NCBI RefSeq assembly: GCF_006345805.1
Contig: NC_042999.1
Location: 107,632,001-107,696,000 of the forward strand
Direction of reading: 5' to 3'
Source: Octopus sinensis
Taxonomy: Eukaryota
DNA: 64,000 nt
In this document: positions 1 through 11,269 of the stretch, one piece after another
Position numbering within the stretch: the first letter of the stretch is position 1
Layout: each line of letters opens with the position of its first letter
The notes under the pieces: generated by a model
Told to the model about the DNA's origin: nothing
Seen by the model: the letters and a program-made list of their open reading frames with translations, nothing else
Database searches by the model: none
Made by a program: the position numbers and the translations under genes

Positions 1-200
1 CTGGTTTAAAGCAATGAAGCCAAGACATATCCTAGGTTAGAAAACGTTCAAGGAAACAAGCTGGATCTGCCCTAAACAATATCAGATATTCCTGTAATGT
101 GATCAGCCTGGCGCATGTTTGATCAAGTGTCAGAAGGCATGGGACTCACCAATCAGAAACCTTCGTCATGCTAAGTTCATTGTGCAGAATATTCTCCACT
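1..200 (-). mobile_element. mariner transposase fragment (truncated by window edge)
   Basis: Minus-strand translation ENILHNELSMTKVSDW*VPCLLTLDQ...FRADPACFLERFLT*DMSWLHCFKP matches the mariner WVPxxLT linker through the first catalytic-Asp region; stops present. Confidence 0.75.
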
Positions 201-1100
201 CTCCTGAAATGTTTCCACTCAAGATACTAGCACTATCAAATGAAAAGCTGCATAATTTTGAGTCAAATGGAATATTTAAGAGGCTAAAAACGTCCAGAAT
301 AACTTTAGTGCCCCTGAAGAGCAGTCAAGAGGATTATAAAAATTGAGATCATTAGTGGGTATCTAGGTCTTCAGAAGCATAACGGACAATGATTGATTCT
401 TGTTCCATTCAAGAGCAATCAGTGGTGCCATCACGTTTAATACCAATAAACATAGAATCTTTAACTTTTTTCTGATCCCATGCTGAACGTTATGAGCATA
501 TAAGATTTCATATCCTATGGTATCAGATAGAAAATTATCTCAATGTTTAAGCCATTGCAATGCATTCTTCAGCAAGTTCTTTTACAAGATATACGAAGTT
601 TCCTGTGTCATGTTCATGTCTTGTCTACCACAGAATCTGACTGCTTTGAAAACAAATTTTAATGCTCAATGAGCTACTTCTTGTTAGTGAATCAGCTGCT
701 CATCCAGAGTCATGGATATGTTTGTCTTTGGCCTGTAGTGCTAACTGTTTTCCTATGTTGACCATATGAGTATGTGCAGCGATTTTTCATGTAATGTTGC
801 TCCAGTTTCATACACAAGGCAAGAAAACAGTTTCCTTAGGCATTGAAATTCTGTTATACCGAACTCCTTCGGCATAACAGTAGATAACAGCCACGTGCTG
901 AATATCATAATGAAGCCACAAGGCTTCCTTGAACCAGACTGGCAGTATGAGCGTTTCTTTGCATCATTGGGGAAGTTGAATATCTTTCCTGGCACAAATA
1001 GTTTCTGTGATGTGCAAAATTTCGATGGCACTTCTTGACATATTCGAAGTACTTTATCAGTAATTTTTTTCACTGAATTGTATCTCTGCAATCTCTAAAG
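201..1100 (-). mobile_element. hAT-superfamily (ZMYM1-like) transposase remnant
   Basis: Minus-strand frames give FKAVRFCGRQ, DTGNFVYLVKEL, KVKDSMFIGIKRDGTTDCS*MEQESIIVRY and FSFDSASILSGNISG, matching hAT motifs DETTD..EQ.SIVVRY and YDGA..MSG; many stops and frameshifts. Confidence 0.7.
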
Positions 1101-2118
1101 GTCCTGCTTTCTCTTGACATGATTCAGTACCGAAGAAATCTGAAATTTTCTTCACTTTTGCTTCGGGTGAACTTGACATAGTATTCAGAACTGATAATAA
1201 ATGAAAGAAGTCAAAAAGTGCAAGTAGATCAACAATTTCATATTAAAAAAGTAGGAAATTTCTTAATTATTCTTTATTAATTTATTAAAACTTACTTTTT
1301 TGACATCGTTATCCAACAGAAAAATTGAATTTCTTTTTTCGTTTAACAACTTTAAAATTCATCACACTTCAAAAAAAAGAAAAAAAACTAAAAACATTAT
1401 AATATATATTTGACTACTTTTTATTTGAATTAAATGAGTAACGTATAGTATATGTAATATGTGAAATATATTTTGAATATTAAAATGCTTAATTTTGGAA
1501 ATATATTAAACGCAGCAAACATAACCAGTAAAAATACAAATTGCAAGTATTTCAAAATGTGGGACACATAACGAAAACTAACAAAACAAAAAGAAAGAAA
1601 ATAGTGGTGCTTGTGTCTCAAACGTACAATAAGAGGTGTTCAGGAGAAGGATAGAAACATGAGATTGAAGCGAAGAAAGAGGGAAATAAAGACAGACAGT
1701 AGGTAACTGAGAGAAATGAACTCAATCTTTCTAGCGTCAGTATTGAATGAAGACTGATGAGCGACGAATGAGCGACGACAGTCAGCGACGATGGAACGCT
1801 GATGTTACAGCCGGGAATTTTATGTTCAGTATTTTTTTGGTCGATTAGCATATCACGGAGCGGAGGACATTACCATGCATCGATACCCGGAGGAAAGTAA
1901 CCTTTTATCGCAGCATGACTGAAAGGCATGTTGAGGCTGACCATTGAGGCCTTTCCACATCTTCATGACCACCAAGTTTTACGGTGCCCGGCTGCCGTAT
2001 GGTACTGTCAATTGATTTAGCAGGCATTATGTGTATTCACAATGTTTCCCTGTGGAACTGGGTCATTCAACCAAGGCTGCACCTGTCAAGAAGTCCAAGG
2101 ACCACTCAGGCTCCTATT

Positions 2119-2331
2119 AAGGTGGTGAGCTGGCAAAATCATTAGAACGCTGGGTGTACTGCTTAGCTGTATTTCGTCTGCCTTGATGTTCTGAATTCAA
2201 ATTGCACCAAGGTCGACTTCACTTTTCATCCTTTTGGGATTGATAAATTAAGTACCAGTGAAACACTGGGGTTGATATAATCAACTATCACCCTCCCCCA
2301 AATTTCAGGCCTTGTGCCTTCAGTAGAAAGG
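2119..2331 (+). mobile_element. tRNA-derived SINE, family A
   Basis: Head GGTGGTGAGCTGGCAAAATC with B-box-like GAATTCAAAT and core CTTTTCATCCTTTTGGG..GATAAATTAAGTACCAG; more than 10 related copies in the window; (ATT)n tail. Confidence 0.8.
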
Positions 2332-2353
2332 ATTATTATTATTATTATTATTA

Positions 2354-2403
<50 letters not shown>
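2332..2403. repeat. (ATT)n microsatellite
   Basis: Direct inspection. Confidence 0.95.
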
Positions 2404-2406
<3 letters not shown>

Positions 2407-3127
2407 TAGTTTTATTTTTTATAGCGTGCTTTCACTTCACTACCGAGTGCAGCTCTGTGTGCCTTGGGTATGTGCTGTGATTTGTTGTGATGCTCTGATG
2501 GTTATTGTATGGAAAGTGTTCTGCGTAGGATGTGTGCAGTGTCTAGTAGTGCAATTTTCTGTATGTTATATGTGTTTGTAAGTCCTGGTGTTTTTGTTAT
2601 GTATTTGTCTGAATATTTTTTTATCATGCCTAGTGCACCTACTATGATAGCAATTGTTTTTGTTTTTAGATTCCACATTCTGGTTACCTCTATTTCCAGG
2701 TCTTTGTATTTTGAAAGTTTCTCCATTTCTTTTAGAGACACGTTGTCATCTGCTGATATTGATACATCAATTAGAAAGCAATTTTTTTCTTCATGATCTC
2801 TGACAACTATATCTGGTCTGTTAGCCTTAATTTCTCTATCTGTGTGTATTGGCATATCCCAGGGTATGGTTGCTTTCTCGTTTTCTGTGACCTTTTCTGG
2901 TGTGTGCCTATATCATCTTTTTTCTGTTGTTATTCCATAATGTTGGCATAGCTTCCAGTGTATGTAGGTTCCAACTCTGTCATGTCTGTGAATATATTCC
3001 TTCTTAGCCAGGACTGGGCAGCCAGAGATAATATGATTTATTGTTTCTTGTCCATCTCCACATATTCTGCAGTTACTTGTTATATTTCTTTTCATTACAT
3101 GTTTTTGGTAATTTCTGGTGGGGAGGC
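2404..3127 (-). mobile_element. R4/Dong-like non-LTR retrotransposon, 5'-truncated (CCHC knuckle + restriction-like endonuclease + 3'UTR)
   Basis: CRICGDGQETINHIISGC knuckle, RHD motif, ANRPDIVV..LIDVS..K RLE motif; ORFs 2913-3152 and 2502-2855 are one frame split by a single TGA at a conserved Trp; (TAA)n on both sides. Confidence 0.9.
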
Positions 3128-3489
3128 TTATTATTATTATTATTATTATCATTATTATTATTATTCAAGTGTCAAATTAGGTACTGTAGATGTGTGAGTG
3201 ACCTATTTTTGATTCCCAGCTGTTTTAATTTCAATTATGATTTTAATCCTTTTAAGAGAAAATGTTAACATTGCATGCTCTCTGTCTCTTCTCTTTATGA
3301 TATACTATACCCATGTAAGAAATCTTTGTTATTCAAATGAAAATACATCTACTCTCTTGTATCTCATGAGGGTTTCTTTTAAGAGAAGCAGTTCCTTACT
3401 TTATCGCATATTTTCCATTTTAATGAGCTCAAATTTATTGCTTCCCAGATTTTGAGAGTAGCTACTAAATAAACTATCACAGTAATTAG

Positions 3490-3849
3490 CCAATGAAAAA
3501 TCCTCCATATGTTTGCCTGATCTGTTAAAAATGCCCCTCAAAGCACACCATAAAAATTGCTGGAAGCCAGAAGAAGATGATGAACAGTGATTTGGCTACC
3601 TCTGCTGTATCAGCCTCCAACTGATGTCAGAGAGTGTTACAGTTCAGGGTTAAAACATCCAAAAGTAAATGGATACTGTCTGATGACATCAGTTCCTCCT
3701 TGGTGAATGGAAAAGAAGAACCTTCTTTTAGGTGTTATTAAAAGCAGGACTTATTGGTCAATGCCATCCAAGATATTACAAAATGATGATATGGTCGTGA
3801 GCTAGAATGTCTTTGATCAATATATCTGCTCAGTCAGGTTTGGCTTTTC

Positions 3850-3850
<1 letters not shown>
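3490..3850 (-). mobile_element. interspersed repeat family C (bipartite, unclassified)
   Basis: Minus-strand head TTGATCAAAGACATTCTAGCTCACGACCAT resembles heads at 37863, 47700 and 50679; degenerate tail near 3490-3550. Confidence 0.45.
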
Positions 3851-3881
<31 letters not shown>

Positions 3882-4480
3882 GTTTAATGTCCGCTTTCCA
3901 TGCTAGCATGGGTTGGACGATTTGACTGAGGACTGGTGAACCAGATGGCTGCACCAGGCTCCAATCTTGATCTGGCAGAGTTTCTACAGCTAGATGCCCT
4001 TCCTAACGCCAACCACTCCAAGAGTGTAGTTGGTGCTTTTACGTGCCACTGGCACGAGGGCCAGTCAGGCAGTACTGGTAACGGCCATGCTCAAATGGTG
4101 TTTTTTACGTGCCACCTGCATAGGAGCCAGTCCAGCGGCACTGGCAACAACCTTGCTCAAATGTCTTTTCACGTGCCACTTGCACAAGTACCTGCATGGA
4201 AGCCAGTCAGCTGCTCTGGCAATGATCACGCTTGGATGATGCTCTTAGCACTCCACAAGCACGGATGCCAGTCATCAAATTTGATTTCAATTTCACTCGC
4301 CTCAACTGGTCTTTGCAAGCAGAGTTTAGTGTCCAATGAAGGAAAGATATGCATAAGTGGGCTGGTTACACCCCTGGCATAGGTCACAAGGTTATGGTCT
4401 CATTTGGCTTGCCGAGTCTTCTCAAGCACAGCATATTTCCAAACGTTTTGGTCACTAGTCATTGCCTTGGTGAGGCCAAA
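3851..4480 (-). mobile_element. RTE-clade LINE 3' end/3'UTR with (GAT)n tail
   Basis: Same sequence as the 3'UTR attached to RTE coding sequence at 40083-40812 and 33905-34460; internal GGTGCTTTTTACGTGCCAC subrepeats; (CAT)n on + strand. Confidence 0.8.
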
Positions 4481-4664
4481 TAACATTAACATCTATAAAA
4501 CAATAATACCAATGACAGTGATTTTAATTTAGTTTATTATGCTATGCTTTCTATATTTTAATACTTTGAAATTGATATTCATCATTGGTTAAATTAGATG
4601 ATTTCTCTATGATTACATGTTGCATTGATTACTGAATTTAAGTAAGTAACCCTCTAAATATTGA

Positions 4665-5092
4665 TTTTAAATTTTGGCACAGGGTCATGGGAGGAGGTAA
4701 GTCAATTACATCAGCCCCACTGCTTGACTGATACTCTTTTTATTGACCCCAAAAGGATGAAAGGCAATGTCTCAGTGGAATTTGAACTCGGAACATAAAG
4801 TTGGACGAAATACCACTAAGCATTTTGCCTGGTGTACTAACGATTCTGCCAGCTCACCGCCTTAAGTAACTTTCTAAATACTGGTTTCAAATTTTAGCAC
4901 AAGGCCAGCAATTTCGAGGTTATGTCAATTACGTCAATCCCAGTGCTCAACTGGTACTTATTTTATTAACCCCAAAATGATGAAAGACAAAATCGACCTT
5001 GGTGGAATTTGAACTCAGAACGTAAGGACGGGCAAAATGTCACAAAGCATTATAACTGAGCATGCTAACAATTCAGCCAGCTCACTGCCTTA
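4665..5092 (-). mobile_element. two tandem SINE family A copies (4665-4864, 4883-5092)
   Basis: Reverse complements of the family A head and core; a 16-bp motif TAACYYTCTAAATAYT occurs at 4647, 4867 and 5095, bracketing both copies. Confidence 0.75.
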
Positions 5093-5779
5093 GATAACCT
5101 TCTAAATACTAAAAGAGATACTTTTTCTAAGATCATTTGCATCATCAGTCTGTTTCATTTACTATCTGGCCACCATACATTTTATTCTCCAACTTTCAGA
5201 CAAAGTTTTCTGAAAATAAGTGAATGTTGTTTATAAGCAATCATCCAATCTTTGACTTTCATCTATTTTCCTGTCCCCTCTTGCCTTTTCTATTTAGTTA
5301 TTCTGAAATTAATTATCCAAGTGAACCAAATTCTATATTTCTCTTATTTTTTAAATTCAATTTTATTTTTTCCTCCATAATAGTTCGTGCATATTTTGTT
5401 TATTTTCATACAGGTACTGCACTAGGAACTTTTTATCAACAACTCTTATCTTATTTCATAGCACAACGATATGATCAGCTTTCCTATTGCATTAAACTAT
5501 TCACGTTTTTTAGTTTTTAATTTTTCTCATAATTCACCCATATATACAACATATTCTGCCCTGTATCACACTTTAACTATATTATGTTGAAATAAATCTT
5601 TTAAATTGTTATGAAATACATTATTGCTGCTATTTTTACTCTTTTATAAATACTTTCAAAAATTTTTTTAAAATGGAATTTTAAACATTCTTTAGGGGTT
5701 TACATATTTTGTTTTTCTTTTAATGAGGGATTCATATCACCAGTGTAGGGGTTCAATATAAATGATAACAAAATATTTT

Positions 5780-5842
5780 TGTGATTATTATTAGCAACAT
5801 CATCATCATTATCATCATCAACATCATCATCATCATTATCAC

Positions 5843-5877
<35 letters not shown>

Positions 5878-5938
5878 CCACTACCACCACCACCACCATC
5901 ATAAATTTCATCATCATCATCATCATTATCATCATCAT
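5780..5938. repeat. (CAT)/(CAC)n compound microsatellite
   Basis: Direct inspection; explains poly-Met/Val ORF 5753-5938. Confidence 0.95.
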
Positions 5939-6289
5939 TTAAATAGTTCTTTGCTTTATATCTGGTTTTTATTAGTTACTTTTTTCTTTGTATTTGTTCC
6001 GTTCACGGTTGTTGTTTTGTGTTTTTTTCTTGGAGCTCTTTTAAAGGTTATACCTGTTCATGTTTAAGTAATTAGCAGCACAAACTGTTTGATATGATAA
6101 TGTCAGAGGTAAGGAGTGTCATTAAAAGTAGAATATCCGTTAGAATCTCAGTCAATCAGAAGAAGTGTTGATGAGATCGATTCCAGCTGGTAGCATGGAC
6201 TTTAATACAGAGGTAAAACCCCAAAAGTGCAAAAATGCCTAAAGGTAGAAATCATTCAAGAAGTTGAAGGAAATACAGTTGTTTATATA

Positions 6290-6770
6290 GTGGTTTCAAA
6301 GTTTGGCACAAGACCAGCAAATTCGGATGACAGGGGTGGGGCTAAGTCAATTAAGTCATCCCCAGTGTTCACCTGGTGCTTATTTTATTGACCTCAAGAG
6401 GACGAAAAGCAAAGTCAAATTTGATGAAATTTGAACAAATCTTGAAGATTGAATTGCCACTAAGTCTTTTGCCTTTCATTTTATGAAATAAGTACCAATT
6501 ACACACTGGGGTTGATGTAATCGACTAGCACCTCCCCTGAAATTTCAGGCTTTGTGCATATAGTAGTAAAAATTGTTATCACTATTATGGTGGCAAGTTG
6601 GCAGAATTGCTAACATGTCAGACAAACTGTTTAGTGGCATTCCACCGAGATCAACTTTGCCCTTCATCCTTTCTAGGTCAATAAAATAAGCACCAGTTGA
6701 GCATTGGAATAAATGTAATTAACTTAGCCCTTCCCACAAAATTGATGGCCTTGTGCCAAAACTTGAAACC
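6290..6770. mobile_element. cluster of SINE family A fragments (minus 6290-6480; plus 6480-6560 and 6588-6770)
   Basis: Family A core and tail motifs on both strands. Confidence 0.65.
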
Positions 6771-6799
6771 ATTATGATTATGATTATTATTATTATTAT

Positions 6800-7325
6800 T
6801 GAGTGAGAGAACAGTGCATGCCATCAAAGTGACACCGGTATAAAATATATGAAACCCAGTATACTCATCATGACAAGCCGTCCGATAAGGATACAACAGG
6901 CACATGCATCACAACAATATGTGTGCGACATGGTGTTTTCATATCAAAATAAACAGTGCATGACCTTGCAGGTGGAGCTCAATTAGAATTTCTTCAGGTT
7001 GAGTATCCCATCCCCTTCAAAAGGTCCTTAAATAAGGGTTGTTTAAGGATGTTGAACAAAACACCCATGTTTCCAGAGGTGAATTATTCAAACCCCAAAG
7101 AATTCCTCTCAACACATGGCTATGATGCTCCCCTGCCACTTCTGCTCATAATCAGATATGCACATATCGTCAGCCACCAAGAGACATGCTCAACTGGTTA
7201 AGGTCAAATAACTGACAAACATATTTGTGTTACTGAGTAGAATATTTGTTGTAACCCATCTTTTATACCAAGACAAAACATGTACATGATAACACTCACA
7301 ACCAGTTAAGATCAAAAGCCATGAG
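6800..7325. repeat. unclassified interspersed repeat abutting an (ATT)n array
   Basis: Higher GC than flanks and sharp start after (ATT)n at 6800; recalled as an octopus repeat, but there is no second copy in this window and no recognisable protein. Confidence 0.35.
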
Positions 7326-7535
7326 TGCTACAGAATTATTAGTACACTGGACAAAATGCTTGGTGGTATTTCACCTGTTGCTATGTTCTGAGTTCAAATT
7401 CCACCAAGGTCAACTTTGCTTTTCATCCTTTTGGAGGGGTCAATAAATTAAATACCAGTGAAATACTGGATCAATATTATTGACTAGTCCCCCTCCCCAA
7501 CAATTTCAGGCCTTGTGCCTATAGTAGAAAGGATT
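7326..7535 (+). mobile_element. SINE family A
   Basis: B-box GAGTTCAAATTCC, family A core and tail, followed by (AAT)(CAT)(TAT) microsatellite. Confidence 0.75.
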
Positions 7536-7624
7536 ATAATAATAATCATCATCATCATCATCATCATCATCATTATTATTATTATGATTATTATTATCAT
7601 TATTATTAGTACTAAGGTGATTAG

Positions 7625-7965
7625 TTATGGCCTCGTAATATTCCAAAATGCAAAAATACAAATTAAACAAATTTAAAAGACTAAATATGTATTTTCAACC
7701 TGAAATTAATTATTAATCAAACCTACAATGTGTAAATTTCCTCTAAATAATATTAAACCTAACCACAAAAAAATATTATTTAAATAGAAAGCCAAATGCT
7801 ATGCTGCTATTTATATGCAAGCACTCAGCCCACCTATCTTTATTCATTAAAAACTGAAACAGCAACAGAAGCCAGAAAATCTCCAAATATAATCAGACAA
7901 AACAATATTTGATGAAGCAACATGATACTTTAATGAAGCCTTAAGAACAAGGGGATTCAAATAAA
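7625..7965 (+). mobile_element. Penelope-like element RT/thumb remnant
   Basis: Frames give GLVIFQNA, NLQCVNFL*IILNLTTKKY..RKPN, and SDKTIFDEA..FNEALRTRGFK, matching PLE motifs YRDDGL, VNFLDVTLNL, RKPN and IFNEAAPYYN.AL; heavily decayed. Confidence 0.55.
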
Positions 7966-8869
7966 ACAGATAGAAGAAATGCGGTGTTTTTCAAAGTTCA
8001 TTTGTGACTTAAAGGAGAATAATTTAAACATAAGGAAACTTGTTTATTATAGACAAGGTCTCTTCTCACATAGATGATTTCAGAATGTGCACCCTATGTT
8101 CTACATCAGATATGCTAGCTAAAATGAGAAAAACTGAGATTTCCTTATAGATATCAGTATTAATTTATTACTAAAGAATGCTCTTAACTATCTGCACACA
8201 TACGCATGTGTAAGCACAAAATGTTATTGTCACTGTTGCAGTCACATTGTTGTGATTGGGGTTGTTGGTGCTGAAGTCTTCTTGTCTATAAGATTCTGGG
8301 ATTGTCTCTTTCTTTCTCTCCTTCCCCACTCACTATTGTATACATATGGGTATGGTCATGAGTGTGAATGTGTGTGCATCCATTTGGATACAAAAGAGCA
8401 TACCATTGACCTTCCATTCCTCTGTTTTCTTTCTCATACCATTCTGTGCCTTGGGTTCCTCTGTTACATTGATGTTGTTAATAATTTGTATAATGGGGAT
8501 ATATGTTAAGCACATTTTGTTAAACACTGATTACACAAACAATTGTCTAATCTTAGTAGTTGATATAACAAAAAGTGTGTATGTTCAACCAAGCATAAAA
8601 TATCAAATATGTTTTCTGCATTTTACTAATTACTGGATTAATCCAGAAATCAGTCCGATCTGGGCATAACGAATTAAAAAAATTTCTGTTAGCTGGCTTT
8701 CCTCGTTTCAGCACACTGTGTATTTATAGTGAAAAATATTCTATGTAGTTCGACGATCTAAGGTCTATATTTTAGCATATTGGCATAGAAAATGTTTTCT
8801 TTTACCCTTATTTATAATTATATACATTATATGTATACAAAAACAAGTAACAACATATGGATAGTGGTT

Positions 8870-8956
8870 CACTCACTACAACTGTTTCCAACATGTTTTT
8901 TATTGATAAATAGAGTTATTACATCATGTGAAAAACACGTTTTCATCAGGTAAATA
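8870..8956 (-). ncRNA. type I hammerhead-ribozyme-like motif, intact core
   Basis: Minus: stem I TATTTAC/GTGAGTG (7 bp with G-U), core CTGATGA, 11-bp stem II after an A.G pair, GAAA, near-palindromic stem III ACAGTTGT, GUA cleavage triplet. Confidence 0.65.
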
Positions 8957-9930
8957 GAAGCATAACTTAAACAGTTTGAAAATACATCCCATGAATCCAG
9001 GTATGTGCCATTTCATGATTCTCTGGCTAACTTTTATACATTTATATAGATATATATATATATTTTAATTATGTACCTTATGATAATTTACATTCTTCAC
9101 CGGGGTATAAATGTATGTATGTATGATTGTATATACGAATTTATGAATATATGTGAGTGGATCTGTTTGTAAGCATGTATGTGTGTGTAAGTGTGGGCTA
9201 ATATCTCTTATGTTATGTTGTGAATTTGCTGTGTATGTGCGTATGTGCGCACATTTGCAAGTGTGCGCGTGTGGATGTCTCTCAACTAACCAACCGTAAA
9301 AAACAATTGTAATTTAAATTTAAAAGTATAAGCCAATCAAATTCCGGCGTTCGTTTCATAACTATTTCGGAAATTAATAATATATTAGTGTCACAATAGA
9401 AATTATTAACTCACATGCATCTGTGGAAATTAACACCATGTAAACTGGACTGCTTTTTGTATGTATGTGCAAATATTTAATGCCTTGCATAATACTGTGG
9501 TATTATGTTGGCCCCTAGTTTTGCTACTATATTGCTAATTATGTGATATATGTATTGTTTTATTAGTATTAATGTTATTAGAAATAAGAACAATGATATT
9601 GGTAGCATTAATGATATTGATAACAGTATTGATGTTAACATTAATGACATTTTGTAAATTAATATAAGGTAATACTGACTCTATATATCTGCATTGAAGT
9701 ATGAATATGTCTATGTTCTCTACGTTGTAATATCTTAATATTAAGTTGAAAAACATTGAATATGGAACATATATATATATATTTTATTGATTTATATTAT
9801 TTGTATTATTATGTATATGTGTATGTATAAGGGTATGAGTATATGCACTCATATATATATGTAAATGATTTTTTATGGGTATGTACCCACACTTATATGA
9901 GTATATATGTAATTTGGTTTATACTTTAGA

Positions 9931-10057
9931 ATCTCCGAAGAGGCCTTAAGATATATTTGTAAATGTCTCATTTTTAACTTCATATTGGCATACTATACAT
10001 GGCTAATATAGGTAAAATGAGGCATATTTATCTGCATGGCCGAAACAGCTGTAAGAT
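9931..10057 (+). ncRNA. type I hammerhead-like motif with extended stem II (U4C core variant)
   Basis: Stem I ATCT/AGAT, core CCGAAGA, stem II GGCC/GGCC enclosing a 92-nt insert that itself pairs (9964-74/10014-24; 9982-89/10002-09), GAAA, palindromic ACAGCTGT, GUA triplet. Confidence 0.6.
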
Positions 10058-10267
10058 ATAGTGTATATTTATATACACTATCTATTTATATTTATTTATT
10101 TATATCCTCTTATAATGATTGTACCTATTGTATTGTATTACTCATTCATGTGTGCTGTTTTGTTTAACCTTAATGGTCTTATGTAGTGGTTCAATAAAGT
10201 ATGTGATTGGGTATTATCTGGTAGTTGATTAATGATTTAGATGTATTTCTCCATTTTCTGATTTTGT

Positions 10268-10309
<42 letters not shown>

Positions 10310-10524
10310 ACATTCGATCCTTGTTCCAAGAAATCTAATGCTCGTAGCTTAGTTTTCCCTTGGGGCTGGCCGGATCGGAGCGATCTCAAGATTAATCAGC
10401 CAAAATTGCTACGATGATCCAGTTCTTGACTGAAGATTGAAGGCTTCGAATGTCCCATCCATGTTTTTTGTATAGTCTTCTAAATGTTTTACGTTCTTGT
10501 CCCAGTTTGTATTTTTCTACATAT

Positions 10525-10574
<50 letters not shown>

Positions 10575-10656
10575 TTATTTGAGGGAATAAAATCCAAACT
10601 TACAAGGAAAAAGAATTCAATTTAGAAATACTAAATCAAATTCCACACAATATAAT

Positions 10657-10934
10657 ATATATATAAAATATTAGAAAAAAACCCACCTTTTATCAATTCA
10701 AAATGAATAATTAAATTACACCATCTAGAAAATTACATATAATAGAAAAGTTAAAATTAAAATAACAATTATAAAGTAAAAATACTTATTATATACATTA
10801 TATTATTTTTGTAATTTACTTAATCTTTACTTTTTAATTGTTATTTTAATTTTAACTTTTCTATTATATGTAATTTTCTAGATGGTGTAATTTAATTATT
10901 CATTTTGAATTGATAAAAGGTGGTTTTTTTCTAA

Positions 10935-10950
<16 letters not shown>
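10657..10950. repeat. near-perfect inverted repeat, ~120-bp arms, 45-bp spacer
   Basis: About 10665-10780 versus the reverse complement of about 10826-10940: 2 substitutions and 1 indel by eye; both arms end in (TA)n. Confidence 0.9.
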
Positions 10951-10972
<22 letters not shown>

Positions 10973-11059
10973 AATCCAAAAGGGAAACAAAAAAACAACA
11001 ACAACAGGAACAATTACAGTATTATTATTAATAGGCGCTCAGGAGATGGAAGCAGGGAG

Positions 11060-11094
11060 GTATGACGTTTCGAGCGGAGCTCTTCGTCGGAAAC
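11060..11094 (-). ncRNA. minimal hammerhead-like motif of PLE pseudo-LTR type (U4C, weak stem I)
   Basis: Minus: GTTT-CCGACGA-A-GAGC TCC GCTC-GAAA-CG-TC-ATAC; palindromic ACGT stem III, GUC triplet, stem I 3 of 4 pairs. Confidence 0.45.
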
Positions 11095-11269
11095 ATAAAG
11101 AAGGAAGAGAGAGGAAAGAAAGATCCCAGAGCGGGCAACAGGGAAAGAGAAAAAAAGACGACTGGTGTTTACGAGTTGCACATGGTGAAAGGCGGATGTT
11201 GACGATAACAAGAGCAAAGTGGGTTTTTAAAGGCAAAAGAGTGGAGACAAGGTTGGTAACCCAACAGAT

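Noticed and set aside
119-346. Plus-strand ORF, likewise 58141-58479, 23727-24143 and 60908-61359
   Set aside because: Antisense frames of transposase remnants.
3936-4382. 148-aa ORF, likewise 35559-35966 and 40253-40809
   Set aside because: Derived from the GC-richer RTE 3'UTR repeat.
10310-10470. Possible hammerhead in the (TA)n-flanked unit (CTGAAGA on plus, CTGATTA on minus)
   Set aside because: Stem I does not pair, and the GAAA/NUH half is not satisfied on either strand.
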